This document shows positions 13,099 to 24,368 of a stretch of 64,000 bases of DNA, piece by piece. The notes beneath the pieces are model-generated. The model saw nothing but the letters and a program-made list of their open reading frames with translations, did not search any database and was not told the origin of the DNA. Each line of letters begins with the position of its first letter. Position 1 is the first letter of the stretch. The position numbers were made by a program, and so were the translations under genes. The DNA lies in NCBI GenBank assembly GCA_050273025.1, contig CP158636.1, positions 2,976,001 through 3,040,000 on the forward strand. Direction: 5' to 3'. Origin of the DNA: Cenococcum geophilum (Eukaryota).

Positions 13099-16000
13099 AG
13101 TGGTAAGGGTGTTAGGTAATTCTAGGTAATTTCTTTAGGGGTTCTAGTCTATGCGTGTCTTATAGGTCCTTTCCTTAGGGTTCTATTCTTTTCTTTTAGG
13201 TCCTGTCCTTATAGTCCTAGTAATGTCCTTAGGATCCTATTCTGTGTTCTTATAGATATATTTAAGTTCCTTCTTAGGAAGAAAGAGTAGAGTAAGCTTT
13301 AGATAATATTAGCGACTTAGTTAATCGAGACATAAGCACGGCAAAAGGGTCGCGTAAGCCTATACGATTGGATTGTCTATAAACGAGAATCTAAAGCTAA
13401 AGAAAGGAAAGGAGAAGAAGGGGAGCGCCGCTCGAAGCTATATACGATCTTCGCGTCACGTGACCGCAATATGCGGCAATCTGTGGCAACTTGCCGGTGC
13501 GTAGTTCTGCCAAGTTCTGCCAGTACCGTAACAGTAGTAGAGTAAAGTTTGCGATACTAGCGCGTCCGTAGGCTTATTACGGCAGCAGTGGTTCCTAAAG
13601 AGGTTAAAAAGTAAGGTAGTAGGAGCACTACAGGTGACTTATAGGCGCCTTACAGGCGCCTTATAGGCGAGTCCTAAAAGGCGGGGAGATAGATTATAGG
13701 GTTTTCTTAAATAGAGTTTTCTCCCTATATGTATATAAGGAGTAGTCTATATAGGCCTAATAGGGATCCAAATCAGACGTTAAGCAATAAATTATTATTA
13801 TTATTAATTAAGTAACTTTATAGGCCTCTACGTAAAGATATTACGTATATTTAGCTATACCTAGTCGCCAATACGCATCTCCGGTGGTGGCGTTCTATAA
13901 TAGTTAGCGAAGTAGGCCTACTTTACTTAAGCCTAGGCCATTTCTCCCTTATAGTAGTTAAGTAGATTTTTTATACAGTTTATATACTAGTTAGTAAGTA
14001 GTATCTTAAGGCGTTTTCTATATAGCAGTTTCTTATTAATAGGTTCTAGTGGCTTTATACTAAATTAAGGGTAATAACCCTTATTCGCGAAGAATGGGGT
14101 AAGTCCTATAGTAGTTAAGACGTAGTTATTTACTGCGAATTTACCTAGTAGGAGGTAATCTACCTAGTTATCTTAATTATAGGCGACTACCTATTATAGG
14201 TATACTTTTATACTAGTATTAGCGTTTTCTAATTACCTAGTAGTTTTATAATAAAAGAATATAAATATTTTAACGGAGATGCTAAGGCGTTAGTAGATTC
14301 ATCTCTATATATTAGAGTTAAATTATATACCTTAGTCGGATATAATTAAGTTAGGAAACCTATATAGTTAGTAAACTTCGTAAAGAAAAGTGTTAGTAAT
14401 ATATTACGGACCTTATATCAGTAGTAGTATAACTACTAAGAAGAGATATAAACGGGTTAGTTAAGATAGTATAGAAGGCGCTAGAACCGATCGAGCTATA
14501 GGATAAGGGGTAGCTAAGTTATATAGCTAGTCACGTTATAAGTTCGGAACGTAGGAACGTAGGAACGTAAGAACGCGATATACTAACGTACTAATATACT
14601 AACGTACTTAACCTTTACTATAGGGAGGAGTTATATATTTAAGGACACACGGTCTCTATAGATAGTTTCTCTTCTTTATAGTAAATCTTAGAATATAATT
14701 GGAGTTAATCTATTAGGCAACCACTCCACCAATTATTATTATATTATTAACTTCTTATTTACCTATATACCTAGCCTATTAATAAGTTTACCATAGTTCC
14801 TGCTACAAGGCTTTGTTATATATTTACTACTAAGGTTATAGTATTAATAAAGTTAAATAATATGCCATAAAAAGTAGTAGCTATAACGGTATCTACAGCG
14901 GCGACTACCTTAGGATTAGGTAATAACACTAGTATAATAGATACTAACTCGCAACTAGTTACTATTAAACAGCTATAGAAAATAGTTAATTAATTAACAG
15001 ATAATAATAGAATACTTAAAGAAAGAATTAACGGGATTGGAGTAGCTAAGGCTAAGTTACCCTTAATTAAGCGATTCTTGGGGGAGAAGTTAAAACTTAA
15101 AGGATTCCTTATATAAATACACTTTAAGGTTATATAGGAAGGAGTTAAACTAGGAACGCCTATAGATTAAGTCGCTTACGTAGGATTATTCTTAATAGGA
15201 AGGGCACTTAAGTGGTTTAAGCCTTACCTTATAGAGGTATAGAAGTATAGTATAATAACTACTAACTAGGAGGTACAATATATATTCTTAAATTAGAACG
15301 GGTTTGTAGAACGCTTAACGTAGATATTTAGAGACCTAGAGGTAATTACTATGGCGGAATAAAAACTTTAAAACCTAGTATAAAAAACTTTAGCAATTAC
15401 GTATATAACGTAGTTTTAAATATTAGCAATATAAGTTAAATAGAATAATAAGGCACTTATAGCATAGCATAAATAGGGACTTAAGGTAAAAGTTTAGGAC
15501 GTAATTATCCTAATAGAAGATGCGGATATTCTTAGGGATTTAATTAATTAAGTAATTAAGATTAATAATAGGATCTACTAAAGAGAGCAGACTAAGAAGG
15601 GTTAGGATAGAGTTCTATAGTTGTATAAGGCGCAGAATACGCATTAATAAAGTTAAAATTAGAAACTATAGTATGGCGTAGAGCTAATAGACCTAAGTAG
15701 TACTAAAGAAAACCAAAAATAAAATAAACGACTATAAAAACCTAGAGGATAAGGATTAAGTAATTAAAGGTCTAAAGAGCAAAGGCTAAACTAGGGATCT
15801 TAGCAGCAGAAGATGTTTAGGCGGACTCTATAATAAAAAAAAAGGTTTAAAGAAGGAGCTTATATAAATTACGGAAAATAGGGTTATTACGTTAAAGACT
15901 ATAAAAGTAGGCAGAGTTACTACGTAGTAAAAGAAATAAAACTAGTAGAAGATATATATATATAGAGAGATAATAGTATACTATAAGGAATAAAAAAGTG

Positions 16001-18369
16001 TTTAATCTAAAGTTTTGCGTTTTATTATAATAACGTATACTAAATTTATAAAGACGCTAAGTATAGCGTAAGCTATTAGCTATAGAAGCTAAAATTATTA
16101 GAGTTTAGAGGAACTAACGAACCAGTTTACAGATTAGATATTATAGGAGGGTACGACCTCTCTAAGATAGGAAAGTCACAGTGCTGTCAGTCTGTCTGTC
16201 GGTCGGTCGGTCGTAATCAGTTAGTAGAATAGTCAGTAAGAAATAAAGAAAAGAGTGTATTTCCGGTAACTGGTAGAGTCGTGATATATATATAATAGAG
16301 GAAGGAAGGAAGGAAGCCGAAGGCTCTATAAATATAGGAAAATGCCAAGATAGTAGGCGACGTTCAATCTACACCACCACATACCTCCCCCACTAAGAAC
16401 GTTGTCCCCTAACGTTCTACAATATAGAAGAATAGTAAAACGAGAGTATAGTAAAAGCAGAATAGATAGAGGAAAGCATATCCCTAAATGAACGCAGATA
16501 ACCCTATCCTCAGCTCTCCTATAGAACTGTTCTACAGTGCCCCTCCGTTACCTATAGCTAAGATCTAACCTAGTAACTAGGACAGCAGTAAACTAGAAAC
16601 AATAACGGTAGCAGTAACAGCAGCAATAGTAACGGTAGTAGCAATAGTAATACGGCAGACAGTCAGCGCGGTAAAATACTTAGTAGAAGAATTCGGTAAC
16701 AGTTAGTAAACAGTAGGACATCCAGCAGCAGAACTTTTAGTAGCAGAAATCTCGGTAGCGGCAGACGGTCGATGGCAGTCAGTCGGTAGCAGTCGGTTAA
16801 TACAGTAGTAGCAGTAGCAGCAATAGCAGTAGCAGTAGCAGCAGTGACAGAACGGTCAATAACAGAACGGTCGGTAGCAGTCGGTCGGAGGCAGCTAGTC
16901 GGGCGGCGGCAGGGCGATCGAAACGGTAGGGTCTGGCGGTCGGGAGAGCAACAGTAGAACAGCTAAAACAGCATTAGGCCTAGAATAGGTCGGTCGGAAC
17001 AGTTGGACGATATAGCAGATCCGGCAGTTCTAGCAGTAAGATAGATCTAGCAACGGTACAGATCTAGAACAGTAGAGACAGAGCAATCGGCTAAGACAGG
17101 AGGGACAGAACAGTCGGACGGAATAGCAGCAGCAGCGGCAGCGGTAGTAGAGCAGTCGATCAAGACGGCAGAGGCTATAACCCGACTCGATCGTTCGGCT
17201 GACCGTTTAATATCAAGACTCTGCATCTAGCTCTGCATCGATCTGCATCGTACACGGCTCTCAATTAAGGCTCTATCTGTGGCGTTGCATCAGGCCCTGC
17301 ATCGTCAAGCTTTACGTCCGCATAGCTCTGCAGCTAACTGTGCGTCTGACTGTGCGTCAAGCAGTATATCTAGCTGTGCATCTAGCTGTGCATCAGTAGC
17401 TCTGCATTACATATTCTGCGTCCGTATCCGCGTCCGTGTCTGCGTCCGTGGTTCTAAAACGTCAACTAGTAATGCTTCCGACGATCTACTGACCGTGTAC
17501 TAATTTCCTATATAGGCCTAGTGTCTGCATACGTGCCTGCATGCCTGCTTTAATTGCCGGACGAAGACTGTCTAATTGGTCGGCAACGACGGGCTGCGAC
17601 TGATCGTTCGGTCGGTCGATTAAGGTAGAAAGTCGGCCCGGTCAAAGGCTCTGATTGTCCTGATTTGAATGCGGAGACGGCGTTCAGCTGATCGAGATTT
17701 GATGAGGCCCTGGCTTAACTCAAGGTGTCTTCTGCTGCATGTACGACTAGGGCTTTGCATCCGTAGACAGTTGATCAAAGCTTCCGTGTAGACGTCCGAT
17801 CGGTCAAGGTTTCGCGTCTGCCGTTCGATCAATGCTTCGCATCTATAGGCGTCCGGTCAAGCTGCCGTACTATTGTCCAATCAAGGCTCTGCACCTGTAT
17901 GCTCTATCAGTGTGGTTTTCCATAAATGGATTAGGCTGCAATCCATTATCGATATGGACTCGTCCATACCTCTCCATATCCATACGCTAGTCCATACTCC
18001 TTAGAATTATAATACGTGCGTCTGTCCGTTAATTTCCGCACAGACCTTATTATTATTAACGTAGTTACTAGGTTAACAGGAGTTGCACTATGCACAGGGC
18101 AGATTATGGTTCTAGCAGAATTTAGCAGAATTTAACAGACTAAGCAGAATTCGGCAGATATTGCGGATATTTAAATTTAAGTTACTATCTCAAGCCTTTC
18201 GTCTGAAATACCACTTCGTTTCCAATGCTTTAAACACTCTACTCTCTTAAGGTTTTCGGCTCCCATCTGCGCCCTTTCCCATAATACCATACGACGTGCC
18301 CCTAAAAAAACTCGCTCTGGTTCATCACTTATAGCCGGAATTAAGAGAATATTAATTGCTATATACGAT

Positions 18370-21300
18370 TGTTGGGAATAAAGGCAAATGGTCACCATAT
18401 GAGGCATATTGCCGTCACGTGTGGCAAGTTGCCATCACGTGCCGCCGCGGCACTAGCGTGGTGAGGAACCTTAAGTTCCTCACCCCTTTCTACAAAACAA
18501 GAACAACAATCATCATACTATCTACGAACCGTAGCTACGTGATATCCCCTTGTGAGTCCAACACTGATTAGTGGTTAACTTCACAGTTATACCATAGAAC
18601 AGCTAGGTTTTTACTAAGAAGAGACGAGCCACTGTACTAGTGCTACTCGTGCTAGAGGAAGCTGTCTTTTGAGGTTAGAACTGGTCCTAAACCTTAAATA
18701 GAACTTTTCTATAAATTTAAGGATCTAAAGGCCAGAACTGGTCCTGAGCCTTTCCAAGATTATGGATTCTTGCGTCTATTACATAGAATAACACGCTTTA
18801 TGAGTCTTTGCGATTTAAGGCCAGAACTGGTTTTGAGCCCTGTAATCGCAAATATATATTATGAACGCGTACCAAACGACAATCCCTATACTACCAATAT
18901 TTCCTTCCTTTGAAGATATAACTATGGCCACTCCGAACGACTGGAGAGACTCCTTACTACTAGGGGTAGCTATATACGCGAAACTTATCGATAAAGATTG
19001 GGACGTATTTACTTTTAATGTAATAACCTATACTGTAAAACAAGTTAACGGCTTTCTTCTATACTATATTCTATTCTACTAAGATAGCTACTACGCCAAT
19101 TTACAGTTATGGGAATACTTTAGGGAGGATTTTATAGGATAGACTGCCGACACCTGGGCACTTGGTAATATTAATATTATTTGGGATTTTTGAGACTCCC
19201 TCTAAAGGAATAGGGTGTATGTTGCTAAGGATGGTAACCTAATTACTAGTAATATTTACGCCGTTCTTACTAGTATAGAAGAACTAGTATAAACGGAAGC
19301 TAAGATTATACGTTAACTACGGAAACCTAAAACCAACCTATATTCTTTGGAAGGCAACTTTAATTTGGAACGAAACCCCTAAAACGCTACTTTCCTACCT
19401 AGAGGTGCTCTACTACCTAGAGGTGCTCTTCCTCTACCTTTACTACCTCTAACTCCTCTATCCTAGCCAACCGATGAGCCTCTATCTTAAGAAGTTACGA
19501 ATTTAATAAAGGTATATTTGGACGAAGAGAAGAAATTTGGAGGAGAATTGTACAATATGCTCGGAGCAAAACTATAGGTCTTTTATAACTGCTGTAACAA
19601 GGTTAGAATTTAACGCCACCAGTTCCATTATGCTTTCTCTATTATGTTAAAGGGACGGGCGGCAACGTTCTATTACGACTATATTGCAGGTAAAAACTAT
19701 AGCTTTGATGTAATGCTTTAGCTTACTAGAGCCCACTTCGAAACTAATAAGAACCGCCAACTCTATATGTCCGAATGGCGGGAGACTATATTCCAGAGAG
19801 TTATTGCTTTTAACCCGATAACGACTCGCCTAAAGTGTTTTTAACTACTCTTTAATAAACTCTAGAAAATCTAACGTGGATTTACTAAAACTTACTAAAA
19901 TAAGAACAGCCTAAGGGACCAGGTTATCTTAGTATGCTGTGGCGTTCCTAAGTGTAACTTAGCGCTATATAAACCTGTAGATACGTTTAAAGGAGTATAT
20001 ACCGAGCTACGCTCTGCTATAGGTACTGTAATGCGAATATAAGAATCTTAACAGCTCTATACTAAAAGCCCTATCTAACTAAGTGTTCCTGACTAATATG
20101 ATTATAACTGGACTAATTGAATATATGGCGGCCGTGGTAGGGAATACGGTAAAGGGTATAATTAACGTTGACTATGAGGTAATTATGGAGGTCCTTATAG
20201 AGGTTCATTTCGAAGTAATCGCTAGAAGAAGTGCTACGTTTGTAAGAAGCCAAATTACTAGTTAACTAGACACTCCCTTAATAAGCGAAAAGAGGTATAT
20301 AATAAGTTCCGTTAGAGTATAAGAAACGTTGGAAATTGTGAGGTTACTGCGGCCTACTTCTAAAGCTTCCTGGTTTAATACGAAGGTGTAGAAGACCTTA
20401 AGGGTAAGGTTAATAAGACTGAACAGCTCCTTATGGATATAGAAATTGAGGACTACTTACCTGACCAATACTTTACTAAGTATGGTGAGGTAAATAGTAT
20501 ATAAACCGTTGCTGTTTTTAATGACTAATCTACGCTCCATTTTATTATGAAGTTAGATATCTTTAACGAGCCAAAGGAGAGCTCTGTGTTTTCCTTTAAT
20601 GATAGATACTTGGCGAACGTCTTCTATAGTATTATGCCGGATACTAGAGCCGTAGGAGTATCTACAGCAAGAGAACCTCAAGTTTGAGCCCTTTAGCAGC
20701 TTAATAGCTCTGTTTAGATTAACTATTTAACGGCAGGCCAATACACGATTCGTTTTGGTAAAGGTACTGCGATCTCTTTTGGCACAATTAGGGTTTAAAC
20801 CCCCTTAGGGTATATTACTTTTTATGTTGTTCCCATAAACACCCCGTTTCTATTTTGCATTAGAGATATAAATAAACTAGGCGTTAAGCTTAATAACCTT
20901 AAGAATATGCTTGTGTAGGGAGATAATTGGGTGCCTATTGTACGTAAGTAGGGTTACCCTTAGCTGCTCTTTTAATAACTAGAAAAGAGTGTTGCTTAGA
21001 GCTATTTAACTAAGTTAGAGTTACGCCAACTACACCGTCGTTTTGGTCACCTATTAGTTTACTAATTGCTTAGGGTTCTTTAGCGAGCAGGCCATAAAGT
21101 CAAGGTTAAGGCAATTAAGCATTTTATAAAATACTGCCACCACTACTAAATAAACTAGAGGTCCCCTAGCCGATTTAAGTTTACCCTTAAAGATAACTAC
21201 GACTTTAACTTCTGTATCATTGTTAACGTTATATACCTTAGCGGCAAGCCAGTACTCTAAGTTATTAACTTCTTAACCTCCTTCTAAGCCGCACAATTCT

Positions 21301-24300
21301 TAAAGGATATATTAGCTAGGAACGCATAGGATACCCTTTAGTTATGCTGGATTGATGTCTACCTAGGACCCCCTAATTAAATTGTCTATAACGTAGGAAA
21401 GAACTTCTTATCTATAGAGTTCCGATAATAAATAAAGGCAATGGCAATTGAGGTTAAGGAAGTCCCTATTAAGGCATATAATAGTATTGGAAAAGTGGAG
21501 TGATATTACGCGCTATTACGCCGCGTATATAAGATTATCTCTTTAGAACTAAAGGATGCTAGCGAAGAACTTACCTTGTAAATGGCTGTTAAAGCTATTA
21601 ACGATTCTACTGGCCCGGATGGACTCGTACCTATATTACTAGTCTTTGGCGCCTACCCTTAAATAACTAATAATTCTCTACTATCTCCCTTTATTGTGTA
21701 ATGAGCTAAGGCTATTTGTAAAGCAACGAAGGAGGTACGACGTCTATACGCTACGCGCTAGGTTAATGACGTACTAGGAATGAGAAATGGCCTAAATACC
21801 TTAACTACGCTTAATCTGCTACTCCAATCTGAAGTACGGGTATGGCGTAAAAAGGGAGGATAGTTAGGCCTATATAAACTTATTGTAATTAATAGTTAAA
21901 CTTATACTTTTTAGATGCCCTATGGACCTACTTAATTCCGTTTAACTGTTATTAGGCCCTACTATAAAGATAATAGTTCCGAGCCTTTATAGGATGCCTT
22001 AGAAGATGCCCTAAAAGATGCCCTAGAGGAGAACCACGATTAACGTGCCCTAGAAGGCGACTGTGATCCTGATATAATTGTAGTAGACGTGCCGCAACCA
22101 CGACGCGGTAGAGGTCGCCTAAAGGGATTACAAAATCGCTAATATTTTATTGATTTTGAAGAGCAATTTGTTGCTGCTATAGAGAGTAGAGTTGAGTTAT
22201 TAATGGCCTTTATGACAGCTAAAGAGAAGGCTAACTTTAAGCTCGTAAAATAGCTCTAAAAGGAAGGTCGTATTATAACCTTAGGAGCTCCTTTCTAAGC
22301 ATCTAACAAGTAGGAGATCGACGGTCTTATCGTAAGAGGAGTCTTTAAATTTAAGAAATATGACCCTACTAAGTTCGATGGAGTTTGCATCTTTAAGTTA
22401 AGAATGGTTAACAAGATTAAGGGCAAAGCTACTGACGCCCTATTTGAGAAATTAAGGCTTGTCATCTAAGGTTATAACGATAATGGTAAAGAGATAATTC
22501 TTATACAATCTCCTATAATTCAACGAGCTAGTTAGTGAGTTATTGTTGTATTAGCTCCCTCCTTAATAAAGAATGGAATGGCAGTTTATTTGTGAGATAT
22601 TACTTAAGCCTACACCCAATTAGAGACGTACCTTTAGCGCTTGATATTGGTATACCTTCCGGAGCAAATTCGCCACCAGTATCCTAAAGATATGATTATG
22701 GTTGTGCTTAAGCCATTGTATGGAATTGCAGAGGTAGGAACTTACTGGTGGGCTACCTATAGCAAGCACTATAAAGAGAAGCTTTTGATGACTACTTCTA
22801 TATTTAATCCCTACTTCCTTATTATAACCACGGGAACCCTATTTGGAATCGTTGGTATGTAAACTGATAATATAATTATCTTGGGAGACGACCAATTCTC
22901 AGCTCTTGAAGAGGATGAGCTAGTAAAGGCAAATCTTATAGTAAAGCTAAAGGAAAAGCTTGACTTAATAATACTATTACTCTTTAATGGATGCATCCTC
23001 TCCCTAAACGAGGATTCCATTGCTTTGCGCTAGAAGGGTTAAGGTAAGAAGATTAACGTTATTAACGTTAATTCCCCGAAGCAAGGATACGTGGAGTAAC
23101 GCGCTTGCGGAGCTTATGTTGCTTCTATCTGTTAACCTAAGGCTTTATTTGATCTCTCCGTTGCTGCCTAACACTAGAAACCAACTAAGGACGACATTCT
23201 TACCCTAAATAAACGTCTTTTCTGGTAAATAAACTATCTTAATTAGGGACTACTTTATGTGCCTATTAATCTTCCTACCGCTAAGCTCTTTGTATTTGTC
23301 GATAGATTATTTGTAAATAATAAAGATTTTAGCTCCTAGTTGGGATATAAGATTATTATCGCGAACGAATTTACTGGAGAGAATGACTTTATAATCTATG
23401 GCAATCTTATTTATTAGAGCTTAATTAAGAGTAAGCGCGTTACCTAAAGTATTTTAGCGTTAGAGATATATAAAATGGTTGGCGGAGTTAATATAGTAAT
23501 TGCAATTGGAACTACCCTAAAGATAATTATAGATTGACTTGAACTTCCTATTATCCCTATAATTGTGTACACCGATTTATTTTCCCTCTATAAGTGTTTA
23601 GTCAAGCTCGGTACTACGAAGGAGAAGCGCCTTATAATCGATATTATGGCACTTTGGCAATCCTATGAGCGTTAAGAACTCTTTAAGATTTAATGGATTA
23701 ATGGCTAAGATAACCCGGTAGATGCGATGACGAAGGCGAACCCAAATAAGGCACTAGAGACGTTTGTTAATATGAATACTCTGCGTGTACGAGTTGAAGG
23801 TTGGGTTAAAAGGGAGTCCCTAGAAATTTCTTAGTTACGTGAGGTCTTGAGATGTCCAGGAACTTTGACCGGCGGTTGAAGTTGTCTGATTGGTTAGATT
23901 CTGCAGACCCTGACTTAAACCAGCCAATTAGGATTTTCCATCCCCGGGATGGAAAATTGCTATTGGCTCGCTTACCGCTAGCGCCTTGGCGGCCCTACTG
24001 ATAAGATACCTACCTATAACTTATAAGCAAGAAAGCACCACGTGCTAAGAGGCAAATTTTGGGATAGCGAGACTTATATTGCAATGGCAATAGTAAGTAA
24101 GGAGGATTGATTTTTGTTCCGCTAGTTAAGCGGTATATGTATATAGATGGCAACCACAAAAGAAGAGTTGCCAGTGTTGGGAATAAAGGTAAATGGTCAC
24201 TATATGAGGCATATTGCCGTCACGTGTGGCAAGTTGCCATCACGTGCCGCCGCGGCACTAGCGTGGTGAGGAACCTTAAGTTCCTCACCCCTTTCTACAA

Positions 24301-24368
24301 AATAAGAACAACAATCATTATACTATCTACGAACCGTAGCTACGTGATATCCCCTTGTGAGTCTAACA
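18370..24368 (+). mobile_element. Full-length GalEa-like Ty1/Copia retrotransposon
   Basis: 194-bp LTRs 18370-18563 and 24175-24368; TSD ACGAT; post-LTR CA-CTGATTAGTG near-palindrome; IN precedes RT. Confidence 0.95.
18924..23833 (+). pseudogene. Copia gag-pol (gag, CxxC knuckle, PR, IN, RT, RNaseH)
   Basis: CYVCKK (~20232), LHRRFGH (~21030), WIDVYLGPP (~21348), RLVI.GY (~22455), LYGIAE (~22716), LFVFVD (~23287). Confidence 0.9.

Larger units (their letters stand above)
7564..13533 (-). mobile_element. Full-length Ty3/Gypsy chromovirus (A1), RIP-degraded
   Basis: 227-bp LTRs 7564-7790 and 13307-13533; 5-bp TSD GTAGT; PPT at ~7794-7810 on minus; gag and pol on minus. Confidence 0.95.
4566..13804 (+). 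mobile_element. 5'-truncated Tad/I-group LINE, interrupted by Gypsy at 7564-13533
   Basis: 14-bp TSD TAATTAAGTAACTT (4552-4565, 13805-13818); AATAAA+(TTA)n tail at 13786-13804; ORF2 motifs present. Confidence 0.9.

Noticed and set aside
18356..18571. Duplicated small ORF (also 24107-24400)
   Set aside because: Incidental frame across the two Copia LTRs
23851..23900. Hammerhead ribozyme for the shared motif
   Set aside because: CTGATTG is not CTGANGA, no GAAA in place, and the motif occurs in both orientations
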